A stretch of 30,277 nt of DNA from a virus (lineage: Duplodnaviria; Caudoviricetes). A program made the translations under genes and the position numbers. The stretch lies in the IMG/VR virus record IMGVR_UViG_3300030330_006627, positions 1 through 30,277 of that record. One strand, written 5' to 3'. A model generated the notes under the pieces. The model had not been told where the DNA came from. It searched no databases and saw only the letters and a program-made list of their open reading frames with translations. Positions within the stretch are counted from its first letter, which is position 1, and each line of letters begins with the position of its first letter. Shown here in pieces: positions 1 to 8,283 of the stretch.

Positions 1-2
1 CT

Positions 3-389
3 GAAGGTACATATAAACCTGTATTAAACAAACTAGATAATTTAAATAATATACATTTATTATCGCCTAAAGAAGAAAAAATGATAAACTCAGCTGCTTC
101 TTATAGAACTAAAGAATATAGCACTGTTAACAAAGAAGACTTGGAAAAATATATTACTGAGTATGGTCCTAGTAAATATACTTCATCAAAATTCCCTAAA
201 AACATTAGAGACAAATGGATTAATGGCGTTGACGAAGTTAATTATTGGAACGGGAAAAAACTAATAATAAGAGCTGAAATTGTTAGCGTATCAGATGATA
301 GTGAAAAAGTAACGATAATACCATATCCATTGTCAGAAGACTTAGAAGAAATTGAAGTTGATGTTATTAATTGTACTCCTGTACTTTAA
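3..389 (+). CDS. Hypothetical protein, 5'-truncated by the window edge
   Basis: The frame of ORF 81..389 is open back to position 3 (EGTYKPVLNKLDNL...). Confidence 0.7.
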   Translation, partial: EGTYKPVLNKLDNLNNIHLLSPKEEKMINSAASYRTKEYSTVNKEDLEKYITEYGPSKYTSSKFPKNIRDKWINGVDEVNYWNGKKLIIRAEIVSVSDDSEKVTIIPYPLSEDLEEIEVDVINCTPVL

Positions 390-405
390 AACCTAAGGAG
401 ATTAA

Positions 406-774
406 ATGCTTATTCAAAACGTAATGAATGAATATTTTAATGAAGTAAATGAAAATAAAAATTTAATACCTAATATAAATTATGGTTATAGTAATCCTGT
501 AAAACCTAAAAATTCTAATTGGAATATTGACGAAAAACATGCTAAAATAGTTTATTCTTTTAAGTCAAGAAAAATTAGAGAAGCATTTGTTATAGAAATG
601 ATGAAGTATATTAGAGAAGCAGAATGTGAAATAGAAGTTACTTTAAAAAGTAAAAAAGTAAAAGTATCTATTTTTCCACTTTCACCATCAATGTCTGAAA
701 TAGAGTATGAGTCAATATCTGATATAAATAAAATCAAAAAAGATGTGTCTTATTACTTTGCAAAGAAGAAATAA
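406..774 (+). CDS. Degenerate pterin-4a-carbinolamine dehydratase (PCD/DCoH)-like protein
   Basis: RBS AAGGAG; W...YSFKS...AFV.E...V.VSI...SE.E...I pattern resembles PCD, but the HHP/TH histidines are absent. Confidence 0.4.
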   Translation: MLIQNVMNEYFNEVNENKNLIPNINYGYSNPVKPKNSNWNIDEKHAKIVYSFKSRKIREAFVIEMMKYIREAECEIEVTLKSKKVKVSIFPLSPSMSEIEYESISDINKIKKDVSYYFAKKK

Positions 775-779
775 TTATT

Positions 780-1130
780 ATGTCAATTGATTTAGAAAAA
801 GATACTTTTTTTGCTAGTAAAGACATTTTTGAAAAAATTAACTTAAAATATACTGAAGAAGTAAAATCAAACGATTTGATACTAGAAATATGTAGTAAAG
901 AATTCAAAATAGATACTTTCAGTAAGCTTTCAAAAGGTTTTAATATTAAACTACAAGATGAAAATTTTAATTTATCTGACTTAATTCTTGAAAACTTTTC
1001 TCATATTAATATAAAGTCTGGAGATAAATTAGTTAAAAGTATTAACATAAAAAATTATATAATGACATATACTGTTATAAACTGCGCTAATGAAATATAT
1101 AAAATTAGTATTAAACTTAAAAATAGATAG
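780..1130 (+). CDS. Hypothetical protein
   Basis: 116-aa ORF packed between neighbours. Confidence 0.7.
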   Translation: MSIDLEKDTFFASKDIFEKINLKYTEEVKSNDLILEICSKEFKIDTFSKLSKGFNIKLQDENFNLSDLILENFSHINIKSGDKLVKSINIKNYIMTYTVINCANEIYKISIKLKNR

Positions 1131-1140
1131 GAACAATAAC

Positions 1141-1311
1141 ATGGAATTTAATTTTGATAAATTTGTAAAAGACATAGAAAATCGAAAAAAGGCTAGTATT
1201 AATAATAAACAGTGTCCTGATATCGATATTGAATTTGATAAAGCTAGAAGATTAAGATCAGAAAGATATCATGAAAAATGGCAAAATTTAATTAAATGGG
1301 AGAGAAAATAA
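1141..1311 (+). CDS. Hypothetical protein (start revised to MEFNFDKF)
   Basis: AGGAA upstream of ATG 1141; its stop overlaps the next start (TAATG). Confidence 0.7.
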   Translation: MEFNFDKFVKDIENRKKASINNKQCPDIDIEFDKARRLRSERYHEKWQNLIKWERK

Positions 1312-1979
1312 TGTCTAATAAATATGATATATTCTCTTTGTTTGAAAGCTTGCTAAACGATGATCATGAATCTGTCTCAAGTGAAAGACAAAAACAAGTA
1401 GATTTAGCTAACAAGCTCAAACAAAGAGATGTAATAACTAAAAATAAATCTAAAAAATCAAATTTAAAAGACAAGTCTGAAGATTCAGACGTTTCTAATG
1501 AAGATGAAGATGAAGAAGAAGAAGACGTATATAATGACGATAAAGGGCCAAAATCTATTAACTTAAAAGATGCTTTAGAACTTTCTAAGCAAAAGAAAGT
1601 TCTAAATAAATTTAAATCTTCACAATCTTTAAAAGATCCAGAAGTTAATAAAGAGTTAGAAAAGTACTTCAAAAAATTATCAGATGAAGAAAAATATGTT
1701 TTATATGTATTAGTTAATGGATTAGTTCAAGTTGCTCTTTCTGATATTAGAGGAGATGATGCAAACATACCTTCAGACTTTGGACTATCAGTTAAGAAGT
1801 CAGGTATTACATCTAGTGAAAAAGCTAAATCAAAAGAAAGAAAAATGAAACTAAGTGCTGAGCTTAGTGACGATGAAAAAGACAAAAAAATAGACAATAT
1901 GAGCCCAATAAAAGTAGGAGTTTCTGAACAAGATAAAACTTTAATTAACAAAGCACTCGTTGAATATAGAAGTTTATGA
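1311..1979 (+). CDS. Hypothetical charged protein with acidic tract
   Basis: TAATG coupling at 1309-1313; EDEDEEEED tract; ATGA overlap with the next gene. Confidence 0.8.
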   Translation: MSNKYDIFSLFESLLNDDHESVSSERQKQVDLANKLKQRDVITKNKSKKSNLKDKSEDSDVSNEDEDEEEEDVYNDDKGPKSINLKDALELSKQKKVLNKFKSSQSLKDPEVNKELEKYFKKLSDEEKYVLYVLVNGLVQVALSDIRGDDANIPSDFGLSVKKSGITSSEKAKSKERKMKLSAELSDDEKDKKIDNMSPIKVGVSEQDKTLINKALVEYRSL

Positions 1980-2173
1980 AACTAATACATATATTTCAAG
2001 AAGAAAATATAAACACAACTGTAAAAGTATTGGCGACCATTAAAAACTTATTAATGATATTAACTAAAAAAGGTTGCACAGAATTAAAAAATTACAACGT
2101 ACTTCATGTAAAGTACAATAAAAAAGAAAGCTTGTTTTATATAGACAAAAAAAAACTATTTACAAAAGTCTAG
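1976..2173 (+). CDS. Hypothetical protein; probable N-terminal part of a frameshifted gene continuing to 2829
   Basis: ATGA-coupled start; A9 run at 2147-2155 lies where the -1 frame is open (2122-2829). Confidence 0.55.
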   Translation: MKLIHIFQEENINTTVKVLATIKNLLMILTKKGCTELKNYNVLHVKYNKKESLFYIDKKKLFTKV

Positions 2174-2247
2174 AATATATTGATAATAGTTTATTATTAA
2201 ATGATCTAAATAGTTCAAGTTACAGTATTATTAATACTAATAGATTT

Positions 2248-2829
2248 ATGCTATTTCTTAAAAATGATAAATTTATTTACGATGGGCTTTATAGAGATGA
2301 AAATAAAAGTTTATGTATTGATGATTCTAAAGATCATTTAGAAAAAATATCTCAGCTTTCTGAGTATATTGTGCCTAATATCAAGCTTAAGCTGTCTAAT
2401 AACTACTTTGATTTATATAATAAATTTTTATATATGATAAAAAATAAAAGTTTTGAATTGAAAATTGACAATGCAAAAAAAAATATTTTTATTAAAGACT
2501 TTTTGAGTAATAGAAAATTAAATACTGATACTGTGAAATTTTTAAATAAAAAGTACAAATACAATTCTTTATCGTTATATAACAGAATTTTAAAAGGAAA
2601 TAGCATAAGTAACATGTTATTTGAAAAGATAAAAGTAAATATTGTTATTTTTTACATATGCTGTATTTTTTGTGAGTTTATAAATGAACAGTTAGGAACT
2701 TTATCAAAAGAGTTTGTTATTTATGACAACTTAAATAATAAAAAATATAAAATTGTAAATTTTGATAAAATTAATTATAATTTTAAAGAAGAAAAATTAA
2801 TGCCACCCATATTACCAATGAGATTTTAA
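2248..2829 (+). CDS. Hypothetical protein; probable C-terminal part of the gene starting at 1976
   Basis: Frame open upstream to 2122; no clear RBS before ATG 2248. Confidence 0.65.
   Translation: MLFLKNDKFIYDGLYRDENKSLCIDDSKDHLEKISQLSEYIVPNIKLKLSNNYFDLYNKFLYMIKNKSFELKIDNAKKNIFIKDFLSNRKLNTDTVKFLNKKYKYNSLSLYNRILKGNSISNMLFEKIKVNIVIFYICCIFCEFINEQLGTLSKEFVIYDNLNNKKYKIVNFDKINYNFKEEKLMPPILPMRF
2753..2781 (+). promoter_or_regulatory. Promoter motif TTGTAA-N17-TATAAT
   Basis: TTGTAA 2753-2758 and TATAAT 2776-2781, upstream of gene 2830. Confidence 0.55.
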
Positions 2830-3090
2830 ATGAAATTTGAAGAAAAATATAATAGTTTGTTAGAACTAATGTATGAAATTGGAGAATATTACAAAGAAGA
2901 CAACTGGCTATTTGTAAAAAAGTACATTATTAGATATTCTAATCCTGAAGCCAGAAAAATTCTTTCAACTAGACATTCATATACTAAGAAGCATACTTTA
3001 AATGAAAACGAAATTAAACTAATAAAAGATTATAAAGATAAAATGGGCATTGAGTTAGTATTGTACGAAAAAGACAAACACAAGGAATAG
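2830..3090 (+). CDS. Hypothetical protein
   Basis: 86-aa ORF abutting the previous stop. Confidence 0.75.
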   Translation: MKFEEKYNSLLELMYEIGEYYKEDNWLFVKKYIIRYSNPEARKILSTRHSYTKKHTLNENEIKLIKDYKDKMGIELVLYEKDKHKE

Positions 3091-3105
3091 AAAGGATAAT
3101 TTTTA

Positions 3106-3441
3106 ATGAATAACGATAAATGGATACCTGAGATATATTACGAAGAATCTGCAGAAGGAGTGACTAAAGGCTTACCTTTTGTAAAGGTTCCTGACGATAA
3201 GAATATGCCTTCAGCGCTATTTATGTGTGAAATAAGAGATATTAAAGAAGAAGAAGTTGATCAAGAAGTTGATTTAACAGTTCATATGTACGCAAACATG
3301 TCAGTACTCAAAAGTCGTTTAGACAAAGAAACTTTTGATAAAGTAAGAACTATTGGATTAAACTTACAAACATTAGAAAGCGCTAAAGTGTCTGGTGATA
3401 AGATATCAACAAGTGTAAAAAATAATTTATCTGAATTATAA
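3106..3441 (+). CDS. Hypothetical protein
   Basis: AAGGA RBS, 111 aa. Confidence 0.8.
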   Translation: MNNDKWIPEIYYEESAEGVTKGLPFVKVPDDKNMPSALFMCEIRDIKEEEVDQEVDLTVHMYANMSVLKSRLDKETFDKVRTIGLNLQTLESAKVSGDKISTSVKNNLSEL

Positions 3442-3442
3442 T
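3413..3442 (+). promoter_or_regulatory. Promoter motif GTGTAA-N18-TATAAT
   Basis: GTGTAA 3413-3418 and TATAAT 3437-3442, upstream of gene 3485. Confidence 0.6.
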
Positions 3443-3484
3443 TTTAATATAATATAATAAATAAAATTGATAAAGGAAAACTTA

Positions 3485-3925
3485 ATGTATGAAGTTGGAC
3501 AAATTCTATATACAGTCTTAGAAGACAAATATAAAGTTATACCTGTTAAAGTTGTTGAGCAAGTTGTAACTAAAACGTTAAATGGAGAATCAATAAAGTA
3601 TACGGTAAAGTTACCCAATAAAAAAGGTACTAAAATTTCAATTTCGAAATTAAACAAACTTTATACTGATATTAAAGAGTTAGAGTGTTCACTAGTTAAC
3701 AATGCAAAGTCTGGAATACAGTCTATGCTTAAAGAGTCTTTAAGTTTAGAAAAAAAATACTTTGAAAAATCAATAAACAACGAAGTTAGCAAAGAAATAA
3801 TCAATAATATATCTTTAGAAGATGATAAAAAAAATACAGTACAAATTGATCTTGGCAATGGCCAGATAGGTAATGTTGATATTTCTTCTTTAGATAATGC
3901 TGTAAAAGAACAAAAAAAAACATGA
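3485..3925 (+). CDS. Hypothetical protein, N-terminal SH3/KOW-like beta pattern (start revised to MYEVGQILY)
   Basis: AAGGA RBS before ATG 3485; YEVGQILY...VIPVKVVE...Y pattern. Confidence 0.75.
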   Translation: MYEVGQILYTVLEDKYKVIPVKVVEQVVTKTLNGESIKYTVKLPNKKGTKISISKLNKLYTDIKELECSLVNNAKSGIQSMLKESLSLEKKYFEKSINNEVSKEIINNISLEDDKKNTVQIDLGNGQIGNVDISSLDNAVKEQKKT

Positions 3926-4746
3926 ATATACTAATTCTTGATGGATATAACTTAATGTATAGAGCACGATACAGTGGAATGAATAAAGGAGAATATTCAA
4001 CTGTATTTAACTTTTTTAGAGGGTTAAGACCTTTAATAGAAAAAACTTCGCCTGATCGTGTTTTTTTTGTTTTAGAAGGTGTGCCCAAAAAGAGGTTGCA
4101 AATATCACCAGACTATAAAGGTCAGAGAAAATATAATAATGATGATAACTTTTACGAGCAGAAAAAACTAATAATATCAATATTAGAAAAATATTTTCCG
4201 ATTACAATTGCTAAGCACGAAGATTATGAGTGTGATGATATTATCGGATACTTAGCTAATAAATTTAGTAAAGAAAACAATAATGTAACAATAATATCAT
4301 CAGATACAGACTTTATACAGTGTATAGAAGAAAATATAAGATTATATAATCCAGTTAGAAAAAAATATATTGAAGCACCTGAATATGATTATATTTTATG
4401 GAAGTCTCTTAAAGGTGATGATTCTGACAATATTGCAGGATTTGCAGGTATTGGTGATAAAAAAGCACAGAAGATGTGTTATGATAAAAATCTTTTAAAT
4501 AATTTTCTATTAAAAGAAGGTTATAGAGAAAAGCTAAATAAAAACATTGAAATGATTACTTTGCATGACTTAAAAGATGATGCTAAAAGTATTATATATT
4601 ATGATACTATACAATATGAAAAGTGGGACAGTTTAAAAGAAGAGTTTAAAAATTATGATTTTAATTCTATGATATCAAAAGAAAAGTCATGGAACAAATA
4701 CAAAGAAACATTTGATAATTTATGGGAGAATATAAATGTCTACTGA
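3922..4746 (+). CDS. 5'-3' exonuclease / flap endonuclease (PolI N-terminal, T4 RNase H, T5 D15 family)
   Basis: ILDGYNL, YKGQR, ECDDIIG, SSDTDF, and H3TH GDDSDNIAGFAGIGDKKA. Confidence 0.93.
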   Translation: MNILILDGYNLMYRARYSGMNKGEYSTVFNFFRGLRPLIEKTSPDRVFFVLEGVPKKRLQISPDYKGQRKYNNDDNFYEQKKLIISILEKYFPITIAKHEDYECDDIIGYLANKFSKENNNVTIISSDTDFIQCIEENIRLYNPVRKKYIEAPEYDYILWKSLKGDDSDNIAGFAGIGDKKAQKMCYDKNLLNNFLLKEGYREKLNKNIEMITLHDLKDDAKSIIYYDTIQYEKWDSLKEEFKNYDFNSMISKEKSWNKYKETFDNLWENINVY

Positions 4747-4942
4747 AAGAGTTTTAGAAAACAATATACTAGTTGAGTTAAGAAATAATAACGTTATAAC
4801 TTCACAAGAAGTTGCAATCCAGATTGGTGATTTATATTTTGCAAAAGATGTTATAACTGATAAACGAAGAGTTATTGAAATAAATAACTTGAATACAAGT
4901 ATTAATGAAACAAAAACAAACAAACAACTATTAAAGGGTTAA
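4736..4942 (+). CDS. Hypothetical protein
   Basis: GGGAG RBS, 68 aa, coupled between the exonuclease and groEL; not GroES-like. Confidence 0.75.
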   Translation: MSTERVLENNILVELRNNNVITSQEVAIQIGDLYFAKDVITDKRRVIEINNLNTSINETKTNKQLLKG

Positions 4943-4943
4943 C

Positions 4944-6578
4944 ATGTCTGAAACAATTTATTTTGATAGCTTAGCACAAGGTCTTTTAAAGAGTGGTGTT
5001 AAACAACTTTGCGATGCAGTTTCTATCACTATGGGTCCTAAAGGAAAATTAGTGCTAATTGAAAAGCAAAACGAACCTCCACACTTAACAAAAGATGGTG
5101 CAACTGTTGCTAAACATGTTAATCTTTCTGATAGGGTTGAATCTTTAGGCGCTAGTTTATTAAGACAAGCTAGTGAAAATACAGCATCAGTTGCAGGAGA
5201 TGGTAGTACAACATCTACTGTTCTTGCAAAAGAAATATATTTTAAAGCTTCACAAGCTTTGCAAACAGGTATAGGATCACCTTCTGAAGTAACATCTATT
5301 TTAAACAAAAAAGTAGATAATCTTGTTGATTTTTTAAATTCTAAAGCTAAAAAAGTTTCTTCAAATGATGAAATAAAGCAAGTAGCATGTATATCAGCTA
5401 ATGGTGATGATTACATAGGCGATCTAATTGCAAATGCAATGTCAGAAGTAGGATCTTCAGGTCTTGTAACAGTTGAAAAGTCAAAAACAACTAGCACAGA
5501 TTTAAATTTGGTAAGAGGAGTTAAGCTTGATAGAGGATATATCTCTCCTTACTTTATAAATGATAATGAAAAATCTAAGTGTTGTTTAGAAGATCCAATG
5601 GTTTTAATATTATCTTGTAAGCTAAAGTCACTAACAGAAATTTTACCTATTTTAGAAAAAGCACATAATGCTAAAAAACCTTTGTTTATTATAGCAAATG
5701 ATTACGATCAAGAAGCTATACAGGCTTTGATTGCCAATGTATCAAAAGGTTTATTGGAAATATGTGCTATTAGATCTCCATTCTATGGAGAAAAAAGAAA
5801 TACTATTTTAAATGATCTTTCAAAAGCTTTAGATACAAAAGTATTTAACAGCTTAGAAGAAGATGAAGTATCAAAAGTATTGCTTTCAGATTTAGGTTCA
5901 TGTAAAAAAATAGAGACAACTCATGATAATACACTTTTTGTTGAGTGTAAGTCATGTCAAGATTCTGATGAAGTTGCAAAGACTTTAGAGAAAAAATTAG
6001 AAGATAAAAATCTTTCTAAAGAAGAAGAAGCATTTTTAAAGCAACGTCTCATTATTAACAAAGGTGTTGTTGCTGTATTATCAATTGGCGCTAATACTGA
6101 GTCTGAACTTTTAGAATTAGTGGATAGAATTGATGATGCTTTGCATGCAACAAAAGCTGCAATTGAAAGCGGATTTTTGCCGGGTGGAGGTATATCTTTA
6201 GCAAAAGCAGGTTTAAAAATTTTGGAAGACATTGATACTAATGATTCTTTGTTAGAAAAAACCGTATCTAAAGTTTTAGCTGATGCTTGTATGTCACCTT
6301 TAAAAACTATATTAAGAAATGCTGATAAGCCTGTTGACTATATTTTTGAAATGATTAAAGAAAGCTGCGATTGGAATAGAGGATATAATGTAAGAACAGA
6401 AGAATATGTTGATATGATTGATGCTGGTATAATCGATCCACTTAAAGTTACAACAACAGCAATAAAAAATGCAACAAGCGTAGCAAATAGTTTACTTTCA
6501 GTTGGTTGCATTGTGTTAAATAATCAGCAATATTCTAATGATGTTCAGTTAGTACAATTATCTGATGATATGTATTAA
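4944..6578 (+). CDS. groEL: Group I chaperonin GroEL-like
   Basis: TMGPKG, TKDGATVA, AGDGSTTS, DRGYISPYF, DRIDDALHAT, PGGG, GIIDPLKV; no GGM tail. Confidence 0.95.
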   Translation: MSETIYFDSLAQGLLKSGVKQLCDAVSITMGPKGKLVLIEKQNEPPHLTKDGATVAKHVNLSDRVESLGASLLRQASENTASVAGDGSTTSTVLAKEIYFKASQALQTGIGSPSEVTSILNKKVDNLVDFLNSKAKKVSSNDEIKQVACISANGDDYIGDLIANAMSEVGSSGLVTVEKSKTTSTDLNLVRGVKLDRGYISPYFINDNEKSKCCLEDPMVLILSCKLKSLTEILPILEKAHNAKKPLFIIANDYDQEAIQALIANVSKGLLEICAIRSPFYGEKRNTILNDLSKALDTKVFNSLEEDEVSKVLLSDLGSCKKIETTHDNTLFVECKSCQDSDEVAKTLEKKLEDKNLSKEEEAFLKQRLIINKGVVAVLSIGANTESELLELVDRIDDALHATKAAIESGFLPGGGISLAKAGLKILEDIDTNDSLLEKTVSKVLADACMSPLKTILRNADKPVDYIFEMIKESCDWNRGYNVRTEEYVDMIDAGIIDPLKVTTTAIKNATSVANSLLSVGCIVLNNQQYSNDVQLVQLSDDMY

Positions 6579-6599
6579 TATGACTTAGGAGTTTTAAAA

Positions 6600-6761
6600 T
6601 TGGAAAAATTTGAAATTAAAGATATTGATTTAGTTATACATGAAGAAGAAGAAGTAATAGAACGACCTTTTTTACAACTTGAAATACCTGTAGATAATTT
6701 TACTAGAGATAACAATAGTAAAGATAATGAACCTAAACGTGTAATTATTATTGATTTATAA
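6600..6761 (+). CDS. Small acidic protein (53 aa), missing from the ORF track
   Basis: AGGAG RBS then TTG start: MEKFEIKDIDLVIHEEEEVIERPFLQLEIP...EPKRVIIIDL; fills the groEL-sigma gap. Confidence 0.7.
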   Translation: MEKFEIKDIDLVIHEEEEVIERPFLQLEIPVDNFTRDNNSKDNEPKRVIIIDL

Positions 6762-6768
6762 TTAAAAT
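6739..6768 (+). promoter_or_regulatory. Promoter motif GTGTAA-N18-TAAAAT upstream of the sigma gene
   Basis: GTGTAA 6739-6744 and TAAAAT 6763-6768. Confidence 0.5.
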
Positions 6769-6786
6769 TTATAAAAAAGGAATAAA

Positions 6787-7548
6787 ATGACAACATCAAC
6801 TAATAGTTTATTTAATAAAATTATAAAAAACAATCCTCTTTTATCATTTGAAGAAGAAGTAAAACTTTCTAGAATGGCTAAGAAAGGAGACTTAAGTGCA
6901 AGGAAAAAACTAGTTGAGTCAAACTATAGGCTTGTTATATCAATAGCAAAAAAATATCATAGAAAGAATTGTGACTTTGATGATTTATTGCAAGAAAGTA
7001 GCACAGGTCTACTAAAAGCAGTTGATCGATTTGATCCGGAATTAGGGTTTAAGTTTAGTACATATGCATCATGGTGGATAAAACAAGCAGCTTTACAATA
7101 TATAAATGAAAATCAAACAAATATAAAAGTACCTACTCATTCTAGAATTTTAAATAATAAAATTAAAAAAGTAATTTCTAATTTTGAAAAAGAAAATGGG
7201 TATACACCAAGTTATGAAGTTATATCAAAACTAACAGGAGAAAACATTAAAAAACTAAAGTATACTTTAAAGTCTAATAGATCAATTATTTCTTTAGATA
7301 AAGAAACAAAATCAGGAAAAACTTTTAATGAGTATATTAGTAGTAATACAATAGATGAAAGTGATTATGTTAATCCAGAAAAATATTTAGAAAATAAAGA
7401 GTTGTTTAAAATAATAAAAGAAAGTCTAAAACTTTTAACTGAAAAGGAAGAAAAAATAATTCGATTAAGATTCGGAATTAGTGAGTCCGACTTTAATCAC
7501 ATAGACTTTCCTGTAACAAATGATATGATTGCGAGTTTCAATGAATAA
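6787..7548 (+). CDS. RNA polymerase sigma70-family factor (RpoD/RpoS-like regions 1.2-4.1; lacks region 4.2)
   Basis: LLSFEEE, ARKKLVESNYRLVISIAKKY, DLLQE..GLLKAVDRFDPELGFKFSTYASWWIKQA, IKVPTH, ISLD, LTEKEEKIIRLRFGI. Confidence 0.93.
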   Translation: MTTSTNSLFNKIIKNNPLLSFEEEVKLSRMAKKGDLSARKKLVESNYRLVISIAKKYHRKNCDFDDLLQESSTGLLKAVDRFDPELGFKFSTYASWWIKQAALQYINENQTNIKVPTHSRILNNKIKKVISNFEKENGYTPSYEVISKLTGENIKKLKYTLKSNRSIISLDKETKSGKTFNEYISSNTIDESDYVNPEKYLENKELFKIIKESLKLLTEKEEKIIRLRFGISESDFNHIDFPVTNDMIASFNE

Positions 7549-7792
7549 AAAATATATAACAGTAAACAATTTTAAAGGAAATAGCTACAGTAAAGTAGCA
7601 GAAATAATGTCTAAAAACGGTCATAAAATGAACCACTCTTCAGTTAGAAATTATGTTACAAATGGGTTCTGTAAAATTGTTAAAAATATATCTAAAGAAT
7701 ATAATTTAAGGTACACTGAAGAAGAGATTAAAAAAATTGCTCAATCTCAAGAATTTCAAGATTCTATAGTTAAAATAATGAAAAAAGGATAG
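7541..7792 (+). CDS. Small HTH protein resembling sigma region 4.2
   Basis: ATG overlaps the sigma stop (ATGAATAA); GNSYSKVAEIM...MNHSSVRNYVTNGFCKI matches the GxSYxEIAExL..S..TV+ pattern. Confidence 0.65.
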   Translation: MNKKYITVNNFKGNSYSKVAEIMSKNGHKMNHSSVRNYVTNGFCKIVKNISKEYNLRYTEEEIKKIAQSQEFQDSIVKIMKKG

Positions 7793-7796
7793 TTTA

Positions 7797-8099
7797 ATGA
7801 AAAGTTATATAAATTATGATTTATTTAGAGTTAGAAGGCAGTTTAATCCACTAATATTGTTTTATCAAAATAATGACTTGACATATACAGAGTTTGAAAA
7901 ATATTTTAATGATAAAAATGTAGAGTCTCCTGGCGTTGAATATTATAATAGAGTAAAAGCAAGATTCTTAGAAAAGAAAAGAGAACAAGATAATGTAATT
8001 GAAGTTAAACAAGAAGAGGTATCTATTGAACCAGACAAATCTAAGCCTATAAAAAAGAAGCGAAAAAAAAGAAAGACTAAAAAAGATGAAAATAACTAA
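7797..8099 (+). CDS. Hypothetical protein with basic C-terminal tail
   Basis: AAGGA RBS; KKKRKKRKTKK tail. Confidence 0.75.
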   Translation: MKSYINYDLFRVRRQFNPLILFYQNNDLTYTEFEKYFNDKNVESPGVEYYNRVKARFLEKKREQDNVIEVKQEEVSIEPDKSKPIKKKRKKRKTKKDENN

Positions 8100-8283
8100 C
8101 TGGTTTGGTCTTTATCCAATTGAGCAAATTAAAAAGATTTACAAAAAAAGAAGAAGAATAGAAAAGATTAACAAGTCTGACAAACATTCGAATAGTTTAA
8201 ATGATAATTATATAAATAAATATGATACTTATAATAGAGGTGATTCGAATGAAAGAACAAGAAAAAATAGAGATAATAATTAG
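8086..8283 (+). CDS. Hypothetical basic protein
   Basis: 65-aa ORF overlapping both neighbours. Confidence 0.5.
   Translation: MKITNWFGLYPIEQIKKIYKKRRRIEKINKSDKHSNSLNDNYINKYDTYNRGDSNERTRKNRDNN

Noticed and set aside
1498-1526. GAA/GAT trinucleotide repeat
   Set aside because: It simply encodes an acidic tract (EDEDEEEED); the same applies near 12170-12210.
3912-3920. Second A9 run as a frameshift site
   Set aside because: The gene ends normally in an ATGA overlap, and the exonuclease has a complete N-terminus of its own.
4736-4942. GroES candidate upstream of groEL
   Set aside because: No PLxDRV or mobile-loop GGI motif, and it is too short.
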